NCBI GenBank assembly: GCA_903911145.1
Contig: CAIWCD010000014.1
Coordinates: 186,001 to 250,000 of the forward strand
Source of the DNA: an uncultured delta proteobacterium
GTDB lineage: Bacteria > Myxococcota > Myxococcia > Myxococcales > 40CM-4-68-19
Length of the DNA: 64,000 nucleotides
Direction of reading: 5' to 3'
Part shown: one piece after another, positions 18,652 through 27,707 of the stretch
Numbering within the stretch: the first letter of the stretch is position 1
Layout of the letters: the number at the start of each line of letters is the position of its first letter
The notes under the pieces: generated by a model
Told to the model about the DNA's origin: nothing
What the model saw: the letters and a program-made list of their open reading frames with translations, nothing else
Database searches by the model: none
Made by a program: the position numbers and the translations under genes

Positions 18652-19721
18652 GCGGCCTTCGCAGTGCCGCCCGGACGCTTGCCGGTGAGGCGATAGACGA
18701 AGGCGAGGATCGCGGCGACGGCCTTGAACGTCTCGGCCGGGACGGAGCGCCCGACCTTGACGCGCTTGTAGAGCATGCGTGCGAGCGGGATATCCTCGAC
18801 GATCGGAATGCCGTTCTCGCGAGCGAGCTCGCGCATCACCTCGGCGAGCTTGCCCTTGCCCTTGGCGATCACGCGGGGCGCCGCGCCCTCGTCCTTGCGA
18901 TAGCGAATCGCGATGGCGATGTGGGTCGGGTTGACGAGCAGCGCATCGGCGCGCGGCACTTCGACGGCGACGCGGCCGCGCATGAGGTCGCGCATCTTGC
19001 GGCGGCGCTTGCCCTTGATCATCGGGTCGCCGTTCTCTTCTTTGCCTTCGCGCTTCACTTCGTCGCGGCTCATTTTCAGCCTCTCTCGGAACCTCCAGTG
19101 TTGAAGAGCAAGGTCCACGCCAGCGAGGACTGCAGCCGCTGTGAGCGCGCGAATGAGCACCGGCCAGAGCCAGGATGCGCCGGTGCCGAGCAGTGAGCCG
19201 GGCGCGGCCGTCATGAGCGCGGGGAGCGCCATGAACTTGTCGCGCCACACGCCCGACACCGCTCCACCGATCACGACCACCTTGAGCAGCGCGACGCCGA
19301 GGTCCGTGAAGAGCTTCTTGGAGAACAGCGCCCCGAGCTTGTTGCTGAAGAGTCGGCTGAGATCGGGTGCGATCTTGTCCATCCAGAAGCCGCCGCGCGT
19401 CTGGATGATGCCGACGATGATCGCGCCCGCAGCTCCTGCGGCGCACGCGCCAATGCCGAGAGCGGTGACCTGGTAGAAGAGGCCGCTCGACTCATTGGCC
19501 GGTCCGTGCGCGACGTCAGCGAGGGCCGTGAAGCGATCGCGGAAGAGCTCGGTGAGCGCGTTGCGCAGAGGGACGGCGGCGGCCGAGAGTCCCGCCAGCG
19601 CGAAGGCGAGGTTGCCCACTGTCATCGCGTCCTTGCCGAGCGGGACCTCTCCTTCCTCGTACGCCTTCTCGAGTCGTCTGCCTGTTGCAGATTCTGTTTT
19701 TCCCTCGTCCTCCGCGCTCAT
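18648..19721 (-). CDS. flhB: Export switch protein FlhB
   Basis: KTESAT, KMSRDEVKRE, GDP, NPTH autocleavage motif, PRVIAKG. Confidence 0.96.
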   Translation of the reverse strand: MSAEDEGKTESATGRRLEKAYEEGEVPLGKDAMTVGNLAFALAGLSAAAVPLRNALTELFRDRFTALADVAHGPANESSGLFYQVTALGIGACAAGAAGAIIVGIIQTRGGFWMDKIAPDLSRLFSNKLGALFSKKLFTDLGVALLKVVVIGGAVSGVWRDKFMALPALMTAAPGSLLGTGASWLWPVLIRALTAAAVLAGVDLALQHWRFRERLKMSRDEVKREGKEENGDPMIKGKRRRKMRDLMRGRVAVEVPRADALLVNPTHIAIAIRYRKDEGAAPRVIAKGKGKLAEVMRELARENGIPIVEDIPLARMLYKRVKVGRSVPAETFKAVAAILAFVYRLTGKRPGGTAKAA

Positions 19722-19727
19722 GGCTCG

Positions 19728-20471
19728 TCAGCTCGGCAGGGCGCGAACGGCTTCTCGCGCGACGAGGTCCACGGCTTGCGGCGCGAAGAGGTAGAGCGCG
19801 CCGCCACCAGCGATGATCGAGGCGGAAAATCCGATCGTGTTCAGACTCAACTGCTGCGCGAACTTCCCGAGCAGGCCCAGTCCGACGTGTCCCAGCGTGA
19901 CGGCGAGCAGGAGGGGAAACGCGATGCGCATCGCCAGCGCCATTCCGAAGACGGTGTGCGCGAGCGCCTGCGCGCCGAGTGCGCGGATGGGCAAATCGCT
20001 TCCTGGCGGCAGCATGGTGAATGAGCGGCAGACCCACGCGCAGGCCTCGCGGTGCAGTCCGAGCGAGATGGCGATGGCAAACGCGACCGTCCCCAGGAGG
20101 TCGGAGATGATGCTCGAGCTCGCGCCGGAGTCGGGATTGATGAGCGAGCCGTAGCCGAGTCCCATCGAGAGGCCGGCGACGTGTCCGGCGGCGCCCGCCG
20201 CCTCGAGAATGAAGCGCGCGCCGATTCCCGCGAGTCCACCGAAGGCCGTCTCCTGGGCGACGGCAGAGACAAGCGCAAACATCGTGTTGGGGAGCGCGAG
20301 AGCGTGGATGGGCGCGCCGGAGAAGCCCGCGAGCGCGACTGCCGCCGCGAGGCCGACCTTGACCCTCGTCGGGACCATCTTGCTCGACAATCCCGGCGCG
20401 ACCATGATCAGCGCTGCCGTGCGCGCGAGCGCCAGGAAGAAGCCCCACGCAAGCGGCAGCGCACTCTCCAT
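19728..20471 (-). CDS. fliR: Export apparatus protein FliR
   Basis: Hydrophobic; AAGHVAGLSMGLGYGSLINP; lies between fliQ and flhB. Confidence 0.9.
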   Translation of the reverse strand: MESALPLAWGFFLALARTAALIMVAPGLSSKMVPTRVKVGLAAAVALAGFSGAPIHALALPNTMFALVSAVAQETAFGGLAGIGARFILEAAGAAGHVAGLSMGLGYGSLINPDSGASSSIISDLLGTVAFAIAISLGLHREACAWVCRSFTMLPPGSDLPIRALGAQALAHTVFGMALAMRIAFPLLLAVTLGHVGLGLLGKFAQQLSLNTIGFSASIIAGGGALYLFAPQAVDLVAREAVRALPS

Positions 20472-20735
20472 CTAGCGCGCCACCATCGCGGCCACGGACA
20501 TCGCGAAGAATCCAGCGAGCCGGCCCATGATCCACCCACCGAGCAGCCAGATCGTGATGAGCGCAGTGCAGAGACGCGGCACGAAGCCGACTGCCGGGTC
20601 GTTGATCTGCGTCGCTGCCTGGATGATGCCCATCACGAGGCCGACGCAGAGGAGGATCCCGATCACCGGGCCACCCACCTGGGCCATCAGCATCATCCCG
20701 TCGTGCAGCAGCTGGGTCGGAAGTCCCTTGTCCAT
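20472..20735 (-). CDS. fliQ: Export apparatus protein FliQ
   Basis: VGLVMGIIQAATQINDPAVGFVPRL. Confidence 0.93.
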   Translation of the reverse strand: MDKGLPTQLLHDGMMLMAQVGGPVIGILLCVGLVMGIIQAATQINDPAVGFVPRLCTALITIWLLGGWIMGRLAGFFAMSVAAMVAR

Positions 20736-21425
20736 CTAGAAGCTCCGCATCAGCGAGCCAGCGAGGAGATGCCAGCCGTCTGCGAGGAGAAAGACGCCGA
20801 TCTTGAGCGGCAGCGAGACGAGCGTGGGAGGCACCATCATCATGCCCAGCGCCATCAGGAGCGCGCCGACGAGCACGTCGATGAGCAGCAGCGGCAAGTA
20901 GACGAACAGTCCCATGCGGAACGACGTGGTCAGCTCGGAGATCATGAAGGCGGGCGCGGCGACGGTCATCGGGACCACGTCGGCGCGGGTCGGCATCGGG
21001 TGGCCGCTCGCCTCGTAGAACAGCTGCAGATCCTCGTTGCGCGTCTGGCGGAGCATGAACTCGCGCATCGGGATGGCGCCGCGTTCGAGCGCCGTGCCCT
21101 GGTCGATCTTGTCTTCGAGGTACGGGCCGAGCGCCGTCTCGTAGACGCGCGTGGCGGTTGGAGCCATGACGAATCCGGTGAGGATCAGGGCCAGCCCGAG
21201 CATCACTTGATTCGGTGGAAGCTGCTGCGTGCCGAGTCCCTGGCGGACGAACGAGAGGACGATGATGATCCGCGTGAAGGACGTCAGCGAGACGATCAGC
21301 GAGGCGGCGAACGAGAGGGCAGTGAAGAGGAGGAACAGCTTCACCGCCGAGGAGCCGCTGCCCGCCAACTGGAGCGAGAGCGCGGTTTCGGTGGGGCCCC
21401 CGAGGAGGGGAGCCAGCGCGATCAC
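20736..21425 (-). CDS. fliP: Export apparatus protein FliP
   Basis: TSFTRIIIVLSFVRQGLGTQQLPPNQV, PAFMISEL, MGMMM-like ALGMMMVPP, ADGW. Confidence 0.96.
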   Translation of the reverse strand: MIALAPLLGGPTETALSLQLAGSGSSAVKLFLLFTALSFAASLIVSLTSFTRIIIVLSFVRQGLGTQQLPPNQVMLGLALILTGFVMAPTATRVYETALGPYLEDKIDQGTALERGAIPMREFMLRQTRNEDLQLFYEASGHPMPTRADVVPMTVAAPAFMISELTTSFRMGLFVYLPLLLIDVLVGALLMALGMMMVPPTLVSLPLKIGVFLLADGWHLLAGSLMRSF

Positions 21426-22243
21426 GCGATCCTCCCGCTGCGGCCCGCGGCGAGTTTGCGGCGCAGTTCGGTGTCTTCGGCGCTCTCGGCCATCGGGTCG
21501 AGCGGCTGGCGGAGCAGGGCGGGCTCAACGTCCGCGACCGGCGAGGGGCGCGCGGGACGAGGCTGGATGCGGCTCTGCGCATCGCGCTCGAGGATCTCCT
21601 CGAAGCTCGGCTCGGCGCTCTCAGCCGGATCGCGAGCGAGGCTCAAGCGACCGAGCCACGAGTTGCTGATGGCGCTGGCGATGCTTTCCTTCGCGGTCGA
21701 GGCCTTCGGCGCCGCTTGCAGCGCCCGGCCGATCGGTCCGTGGCTCGTCTGCGGCGCGAGTTCTCCCTGACGCGTTGACAGCAGCGCGATGCCCGATTCG
21801 CTTGAGCCGAGCAGGAGCGTCTCTCCGCCGAGTTGCGCGACGATCAGCGCGCGCCGGCCGCCGAGGCTGTGCGTCTCGACGATCTGCAGCCGCGACTGCA
21901 CCGCCTGCTTCTTGCGCATGAAGATCAGCGCCGCCGCGCCGCAGATGCCGAAGAGGAAGACCGAGACCATCGAGCCGATCGGGAAGCTGCCGCTGTGCGA
22001 CGGCGCATCGAGGGCGAGCGGAGCAGGGGCGGTCTCCGTTGCGGCGATCGGCGTTGCCGCTGCTGCTGCCGGAACCGTGGGCGCATCCTTGTAGGCCGCG
22101 CCAGGATTGGTCGCCGCTGCGTCGTCGGCGTGCTTGGTCTGCGCGCTCTTCGATGAGGATCCGGTCGCGGCGGCCGCGCCCGGATCGCTGTTCGAGGGAG
22201 CGGCGGCGATGAGGGAAAGCAGGAGCGCACTGGTCGCGAGCAT
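21422..22243 (-). CDS. fliO: FliO/FliZ export assembly protein
   Basis: Signal peptide, TM helix, then LQIVETHSLGGRRALIVAQLGGETLLLGSSESGIALL. Confidence 0.85.
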   Translation of the reverse strand: MLATSALLLSLIAAAPSNSDPGAAAATGSSSKSAQTKHADDAAATNPGAAYKDAPTVPAAAAATPIAATETAPAPLALDAPSHSGSFPIGSMVSVFLFGICGAAALIFMRKKQAVQSRLQIVETHSLGGRRALIVAQLGGETLLLGSSESGIALLSTRQGELAPQTSHGPIGRALQAAPKASTAKESIASAISNSWLGRLSLARDPAESAEPSFEEILERDAQSRIQPRPARPSPVADVEPALLRQPLDPMAESAEDTELRRKLAAGRSGRIA

Positions 22244-22254
22244 GGTTTTTCTCC

Positions 22255-22533
22255 TCAGCGCAGACGGGCAACGCGCTCTGCACGGCTGACGATGTCGGTG
22301 ATGCGAACGCCGAACTTGTCGTTGACGACGACCGCCTCGCCGCGCGCCACCAGGCGCCCATTGACGAGGATGTCGAGCGGCTCGCCGGCGAGCTTGTCGA
22401 GCTCAATCACCGAGCCGGGGCCGAGCGCGAGGAGGTTCTGGATCGAGAGCCGCGACCTGCCGAGCTCGACGCTCACTTCGAGCGGAACATCGAGCAGCAG
22501 GTCCAGCTTTCTATCCTGTGATTCATTTTCCAT
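22255..22533 (-). CDS. fliN: Motor switch protein FliN
   Basis: LLLDVPLEVSVELGR, GEPLDILVNG, GEAVVVNDKFGVRITDI. Confidence 0.97.
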   Translation of the reverse strand: MENESQDRKLDLLLDVPLEVSVELGRSRLSIQNLLALGPGSVIELDKLAGEPLDILVNGRLVARGEAVVVNDKFGVRITDIVSRAERVARLR

Positions 22534-22559
22534 GGCGCGGCTCCCTGCTGGGTTCTCTA

Positions 22560-22575
22560 TTCAAGATGCTTGCCA
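22560..22575 (-). promoter_or_regulatory. Candidate internal sigma54 promoter of fliN
   Basis: TGGCAAGCATCTTGAA in the 43-bp fliM-fliN gap; -12 element is TTGA instead of TTGC. Confidence 0.5.
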
Positions 22576-22576
22576 A

Positions 22577-23614
22577 CTACGTCGTGGCGCTGTGCGGTGT
22601 GAACGGAACGGAGCTGCGCGTCGGGCGAGGCGTCTCTTCTCGCGGCGTCAGGTCGTGATCGATCTCGAGCGCGATGGTCCCTCTGACGACGCGCGGATGG
22701 CCGGACATCTTGGGCTGCCCCTCGACGGTGATCGTCAGCGGCGAGCTCTCATCGGTGCCCAGCGTCAGCACGTCGCCGACCTCGAGCTCGAGCAGCTTGT
22801 CGAAGTTCACGCTCGTCGTGCCGAGCACGCCGCGCAGCTCGACCTCGACCTGGACCAGCTCGGCCTCGAGAGCGCGCGCGAACCGCTGGTCGCTGCCGGG
22901 GTTCATTCGCGGCGGCGAGGAGAGGCGCTGCTTCGCCGGTTCGACGACGGCGTACGGGATGACGAGCGAGAGGCGGCCCTCGAGCCCGTTGGTGATCTGG
23001 AAGGTCGAGACGATGACGACGTCCACCGGCGGCGCGATGCTGGCCATGCGCGGGTCCGGCTCGAAGCGCAAGACCGTGGGCATCATCGGGAGGACCGGCG
23101 CCCAGGCGATCTGCATCGCGTCCGTGAAGATGGAGAGGAGTCGGCGGAGCACGAGCTGCTCGACTGCCGTCAGTTCGCGCCGGATGCCTCCGAGCGCGCC
23201 TGCGTTCTCTGGATGGCGATCGCCGAGCGCCGCTGCGAGGAGAGAGTCGGCGAGGCCCGGCTCGAGCACGATGAGGCCGTGCGCGCCGGAGATGCCGAGG
23301 TTGAGCACGCAGATTGCGCCTGGAGCCGCGAGCACGGATCCGAAGTCGACGAACTTGAAGAGCGAGGCGGGCGCAGTCTCGACGCGCAAGCTCAGACGGG
23401 TGCGGCCGGAGAGGCCAGAGGCGAGCGACGCGGCGACCTGCTCATTGATCGCATCGAGCGTGGGCATCTGCCCGCGGATGATGCGGTCCTGGCTCGTCAG
23501 GTCGTACGTGACCACGGATCCGCGCGAGCCGGGCAGTGGCTCCGCGGCCACCCGCCCTTCCTTCAACGCGCTCATCAGCGCATTGATCTCGTCTGGATTT
23601 AGCGTATCCGGCAT
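22577..23614 (-). CDS. fliM: Motor switch protein FliM
   Basis: LNPDEINALM, YDLTSQDRIIRGQMPTL, RELTAVE, LEVGDVL. Confidence 0.93.
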   Translation of the reverse strand: MPDTLNPDEINALMSALKEGRVAAEPLPGSRGSVVTYDLTSQDRIIRGQMPTLDAINEQVAASLASGLSGRTRLSLRVETAPASLFKFVDFGSVLAAPGAICVLNLGISGAHGLIVLEPGLADSLLAAALGDRHPENAGALGGIRRELTAVEQLVLRRLLSIFTDAMQIAWAPVLPMMPTVLRFEPDPRMASIAPPVDVVIVSTFQITNGLEGRLSLVIPYAVVEPAKQRLSSPPRMNPGSDQRFARALEAELVQVEVELRGVLGTTSVNFDKLLELEVGDVLTLGTDESSPLTITVEGQPKMSGHPRVVRGTIALEIDHDLTPREETPRPTRSSVPFTPHSATT

Positions 23615-23624
23615 GGCCTAAGCC

Positions 23625-24173
23625 TCACTGCACAACGAAGTCGGTGATGAAGATGGCGCGCAGATGCGCGTCGGGAGCGAGGTCAGAGGCGAGCTTCAGC
23701 AGCGAAGCCTTGATGAGCGAGAGTCCCGACGAGCCGCGCAGCTCCTCGACGGTCCGGTCCGAGAGATAGGCGAGGAAGGCGTCGCGGATCTGCGCGGAGT
23801 GCAGCGTCAGCACATCCTTGTCCTTGTCCGTGCCCACCTCGAGCTCGAACGAGATGCGCGCATAGCGATCCGTCTCGGGGTTGCGCAGGTGGACCACGAA
23901 GTCCGCGAGGCGCACCGTCGGGCCGGCACCAGGCACCGCGTGCGGTTCACCCGGCTTCGCGCCCTCCTTGCCCTCTCCTCCTTCGACGGGCTTGCCATCG
24001 GCACCGACTGCCGCCGCTGGCGCTGCTGCCGCCGCGTGGCTCATCTTCTGGTAGAGCAGAAACATCCCGCCCAGGATGGCGGCGCCAAAGAGGGCGACGA
24101 CGATGATGAGGATCAGGTTGCCGCGCCCTGCTGGGGCTGCGCTCGGCGGAGGGGCTGATTGGTTCTCGGACAT
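23625..24173 (-). CDS. fliL: Basal body-associated protein FliL
   Basis: N-terminal TM helix, FVVHL, QIRDA, IFITDFVVQ terminus. Confidence 0.92.
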   Translation of the reverse strand: MSENQSAPPPSAAPAGRGNLILIIVVALFGAAILGGMFLLYQKMSHAAAAAPAAAVGADGKPVEGGEGKEGAKPGEPHAVPGAGPTVRLADFVVHLRNPETDRYARISFELEVGTDKDKDVLTLHSAQIRDAFLAYLSDRTVEELRGSSGLSLIKASLLKLASDLAPDAHLRAIFITDFVVQ

Positions 24174-24196
24174 GTGTTCTCCCGGAAAGACTAGGG

Positions 24197-24212
24197 AGCA
24201 ATCATCATGCCC
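24197..24212 (-). promoter_or_regulatory. sigma54 promoter of the fliL operon
   Basis: GGGCATGATGATTGCT = GG-N10-GC with TTGCT; A/T tracts lie just upstream. Confidence 0.75.
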
Positions 24213-24275
24213 AGAGGAAAAAAGCCCGTTTTTGGCCGGAATACCAGCTGCGGGTCAGATTGCCGCCGCGAGAAG

Positions 24276-24332
24276 GTCAACGGCGTGGCACGTCGAACAT
24301 GCTGGTCAGCGCAGTGGCGTCACCTGCGTGGC
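24276..24332. promoter_or_regulatory. Three candidate activator boxes upstream of the fliL promoter
   Basis: GTCA-N6-TGGC at 24276-24289, 24305-24318 and 24319-24332. Confidence 0.6.
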
Positions 24333-24344
24333 GCAACCGGGTTG

Positions 24345-25136
24345 CTATGGCGCGGCGAGGCTCATCGAGTCGGTGCTGGTGATCTCGACAACGAATGCGA
24401 CACGGCGATTGAGCTCGCGCTGCTCTGGCGTATCGGGTCCAGGCAGCGGCCGCGTCGAGCCATAGCCTGCGGCCGAGAGCAGATGAGGATCGATGCCGTG
24501 CGCCTTCTCGAGGAAGTAGGTCACGGTCGCCGCGCGCGTGGCGGAGAGGTCCCAGTTGGATTGCCAGCGAGTGCCGCTCACGGCGGTCTCGTCGGTGTGG
24601 CCCTCGACGCGAATCGGGCGGCCGAGCTCCTTGAGTTCATCGGCGACAGCGTCGAGAACCGGGAGCGCGTCGGGCGCCAGCGCGGACTGCCCAGACTCGA
24701 AGAAGCGCGAGGCGGCGAGCCGGATGGTCAGGTGATGCGGGTCGTAGTCGATCTGCACCGAGGCCGCGCGATTCGGGTCGACGAGGAACGGCTTGAGCCG
24801 CTTGTCGAGACGCTTGCGCAGCATCTCGATCGCCTTCTGGCGGACCATCTGCGTGCCGGGCGCGGCGGCCTTCTCCGAGCCGATGTTCGAGGGGCAGCCT
24901 CCCTCGTTGGCCGCGTCGGGCGTGTTGAAGATTGGAGGCGCGCCGGTGCCGCCCGTGCCGGACATGTGCATCGCCCAGCGGATCGCCTCGCTGGTCTTCT
25001 TCATCTTCGCGTTGTCGACGCGGCTGACCGAGTACATGACGACGAAGAACGCGAAGAGAAGCGTGATGAAGTCGGCGTACGAGACCAGCCACCGTTCGTG
25101 GTTCTCGTGCTCCTCTGCGTGTTTCTTGCGCGCCAT
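24345..25136 (-). CDS. motB: Stator protein MotB
   Basis: RWLVSYADFITLLFAFFVVMY, VEGHTD, NWDLSATRA, NRRV. Confidence 0.97.
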   Translation of the reverse strand: MARKKHAEEHENHERWLVSYADFITLLFAFFVVMYSVSRVDNAKMKKTSEAIRWAMHMSGTGGTGAPPIFNTPDAANEGGCPSNIGSEKAAAPGTQMVRQKAIEMLRKRLDKRLKPFLVDPNRAASVQIDYDPHHLTIRLAASRFFESGQSALAPDALPVLDAVADELKELGRPIRVEGHTDETAVSGTRWQSNWDLSATRAATVTYFLEKAHGIDPHLLSAAGYGSTRPLPGPDTPEQRELNRRVAFVVEITSTDSMSLAAP

Positions 25137-25157
25137 GATCGTCTCCTGTCGCGCGGG

Positions 25158-25934
25158 TTACGCCGCAGCCTGGGGAGCCGCGGGAGCCATGTGGCCGCCG
25201 GTGAGCGCGCGGAGCTTTTCTTCAAGGACGCGCGGGTTGAGACCTTCCTGAATCGCGAGCACGCCCTCGGCGATCATCGTCTTGCGCTCGCGTTCTAATC
25301 CGATCTTGCGCTTCATCTTTCCCGCCATCGGCAGGAAGAAGATGTTGGCGATTCCGACGCCGTAGACCGTCGCGACGAAGGCCGTGGCGATACCGCCGCC
25401 GAGCTTCGAGGGGTCGTTGAGGTTTTCCATGACGTGGATGAGGCCGAGCACGGCGCCGATGATTCCGATGGTGGGCGAGAAGCCGCCGGCCGTCTCGAAG
25501 AGCTTGGCAGCGAAGTTCGCCTCTTCAAACTCCGCGTCGATCTCGGCGTCGAGGGTGTTGCGCGTGACGGCGGGGTCGAGGCCGTCGACGACGAAGCCGA
25601 GTGCGCGCTTGAGGAACGGGTCGGTCATGCTCGCGAGCCGGCCTTCGAGGGCGAGCACGCCGTCTCGCCGCGCGATGTTCGCCAGCTCGACGATCTCGGT
25701 GGCGAGTCCGCCGAGGTCTGCCTTCTTGTCCTGGAAGACCGAGCGAGCCATCTTCAGGCCGCGCTTGAAGTCCTCCATCGGGTAGGCCACCATCGTCGCG
25801 CCGATGGTGCCGCCGAAGACGATGAGCGCCGCTGTGCCCTGGATAATCGAGCCGAGGTGGCCGCCTTCCAGAGCCTGACCGCCGATGATGCAGCCGATCG
25901 CGAAGACGATGCCGATAATCGTGGTGAGGTCCAT
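25158..25934 (-). CDS. motA: Stator protein MotA
   Basis: ARRDGVLALE, GGFSPTIGIIGAVLGLI, AFVATVYG, IQEGLNPR. Confidence 0.97.
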   Translation of the reverse strand: MDLTTIIGIVFAIGCIIGGQALEGGHLGSIIQGTAALIVFGGTIGATMVAYPMEDFKRGLKMARSVFQDKKADLGGLATEIVELANIARRDGVLALEGRLASMTDPFLKRALGFVVDGLDPAVTRNTLDAEIDAEFEEANFAAKLFETAGGFSPTIGIIGAVLGLIHVMENLNDPSKLGGGIATAFVATVYGVGIANIFFLPMAGKMKRKIGLERERKTMIAEGVLAIQEGLNPRVLEEKLRALTGGHMAPAAPQAAA

Positions 25935-25936
25935 CG

Positions 25937-26158
25937 TCAGCTCTCCTCAGCAGGGGCAGATTCGACGATTTCGGGCCCGTGCAGGATCCTCCTGCGGAAC
26001 GACACGACGCGTGCGACCACGGCCTCAACGGGCTCGTGGACCATCAAACGCGCTCCGGTCGTGAGCGTCAACACCGTGTCCGGCGTGCGCTCGAGGAAGA
26101 GGATGTGGTCGGCGTTCACCACGAACTGCTCGCCGCCGAGTCTGGTGAGGAGGATCAT
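25937..26158 (-). CDS. flbD: Flagellar FlbD-family protein
   Basis: MILLTRLGGEQFVVNADHILFLERTPDTVLTLTTG; upstream of motA. Confidence 0.92.
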   Translation of the reverse strand: MILLTRLGGEQFVVNADHILFLERTPDTVLTLTTGARLMVHEPVEAVVARVVSFRRRILHGPEIVESAPAEES

Positions 26159-26200
26159 CGTGCTCTCCGCCCGCCAGAGTGAGAGGGCTTTCTCCTTCTC

Positions 26201-26229
26201 TCTTCGGTGCGCCAGCGCCTTTGGATAAG
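26201..26229 (-). promoter_or_regulatory. Candidate sigma28 promoter of flbD-motAB
   Basis: CTTATCC-N14-ACCGAAGA. Confidence 0.6.
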
Positions 26230-26241
26230 CGCTGGCGCACC
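26206..26241. repeat. 13-bp perfect inverted repeat just after the flgE stop
   Basis: GGTGCGCCAGCGC (26206-26218) / GCGCTGGCGCACC (26229-26241), 10-nt loop, no U tract on the minus strand. Confidence 0.85.
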
Positions 26242-26252
26242 AGAAGGTCAGA

Positions 26253-27599
26253 CTATCGCTTCATCTGAATCAGGTCATTGAGCATCTGATCGGCCGTGGT
26301 GACGGTCTTCGAGTTGGCCTCGAAGTCGCGCTGCGCGGCGATCATGTTGACGAACTGGTTCGTGATGTCGACGTTGCTCTGCTCGAGCGCGCCCGCCGCG
26401 ATGGTGCCTCGGCCCGCGTCGCCCGCCTTGCCGACGAGAGCGTCGCCCGAGCCACCGGCCGCCTGGTTTGCGCCGCCGACGGCATCGTTCGGCGTCGCCG
26501 CGTAGAGGTTGGCGCCGAGGCGCTTGAGCTGATCCGGCGCGGCGAACTCGGCGATGGCGACCTGGCCGACCGCCTGATTCACGCCGTTGGAGAACGTGCC
26601 CGTGATGGTCCCGTCGGCGCCGACCGCGACGCTGGTGAGCGTGCCGGCCTGGTGCCCGTCCGCGCTCGCGTAGTTGATGCTCGAGCTCGTCCCGGCCGTG
26701 CCCGTGGTCGCCGTGACGGAGGAGGTCAGGCCGTCGGTTCCGCTTCCTCCTGCCGTGCTCGTCGGAGTGCCGAAGTTGAGCTTCAACGTCTGGGCTGCCG
26801 CATTGGTCGGCGTGAAGTTGCTCGTCTCCGTCGGGTCAGCGCTGAGCTTGCCGGTGTTGTCGAATGTCATCGAGCCGCTCGCGATCGACACTGGCGTTCC
26901 TGCCTGACCGCCGTTGCCGCCGGCGTCCGTCAGCACGTTGTAGTTCCAGGCGCCGGTCCCCGTCCGGTTGAAGTAGACGGTGGCGGCGTGCGCGGCTCCT
27001 GTCGAGTCGTAGATGGTGACCGCCTGGCTCACGTTGCTTGTCGCTGCAGCGGTGGCGCTGCTCGTGATGTCGGGCGTCAGGATCGCCGCGTTCGGATCGA
27101 GCGTGCCCTTCATCTGGATCGTCCCGGTCGGCGTCGCAACCACCGTGGCGTTGCCGACCTGCATATCGCCGACGGTGTTCTGGATGCCGCCGCTCGCATC
27201 CGCCGAGTAGCCCTGCACGCGGTTGCCGCTCTGGGTCACCAGATAGCCGGATTTGTCGATGTTGAACTGCCCATCGCGCGTGTAGAGATCGCCGCCGCCT
27301 CCGCCGGCCTTTCCGGAGACGATGAACATGCCGTTGCCCTGCAGCGCCATGTCCGTCGAGTTGCCGGTCTGGGTCAGAGAACCCTGCGTGATGATCTGCT
27401 GGACGGTCGTCATCTGGACGCCGTCGCCGACCGATCCGCCTCCGAGCAGCGACTGGCTCAGCTGCGATTCGAAATCCGAGCGGCTCATCTTGAAGCCGAC
27501 GGTGTTGGCGTTGGCGATGTTGTCGCCAATCACCGACAGGTCATTGCTGTTTGCTTCGATGCCAGACGTTCCGGAACTCAGTGCGGTCAACAGGCTCAT
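26253..27599 (-). CDS. flgE: Hook protein FlgE
   Basis: GDNIANANTVGFK, DMALQGNGMF, YTRDGQF, IYDSTG, LEQSNVD, AQRDFEANSK. Confidence 0.97.
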   Translation of the reverse strand: MSLLTALSSGTSGIEANSNDLSVIGDNIANANTVGFKMSRSDFESQLSQSLLGGGSVGDGVQMTTVQQIITQGSLTQTGNSTDMALQGNGMFIVSGKAGGGGGDLYTRDGQFNIDKSGYLVTQSGNRVQGYSADASGGIQNTVGDMQVGNATVVATPTGTIQMKGTLDPNAAILTPDITSSATAAATSNVSQAVTIYDSTGAAHAATVYFNRTGTGAWNYNVLTDAGGNGGQAGTPVSIASGSMTFDNTGKLSADPTETSNFTPTNAAAQTLKLNFGTPTSTAGGSGTDGLTSSVTATTGTAGTSSSINYASADGHQAGTLTSVAVGADGTITGTFSNGVNQAVGQVAIAEFAAPDQLKRLGANLYAATPNDAVGGANQAAGGSGDALVGKAGDAGRGTIAAGALEQSNVDITNQFVNMIAAQRDFEANSKTVTTADQMLNDLIQMKR

Positions 27600-27707
27600 A
27601 CGTTTTCTCCTGACGGGGATGGTGAAGATGGTTGGTGTTCCAATGATTGCTGTTCAAAGCATCTGTTCGCGTGCGGTGCTGCCTTGGTGGTGCGCGCGGT
27701 GCGGGAT

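Noticed and set aside
18652..19446. Apparent 958-aa FlhA
   Set aside because: The extension is an off-frame read of flhB; the real start is 18651.
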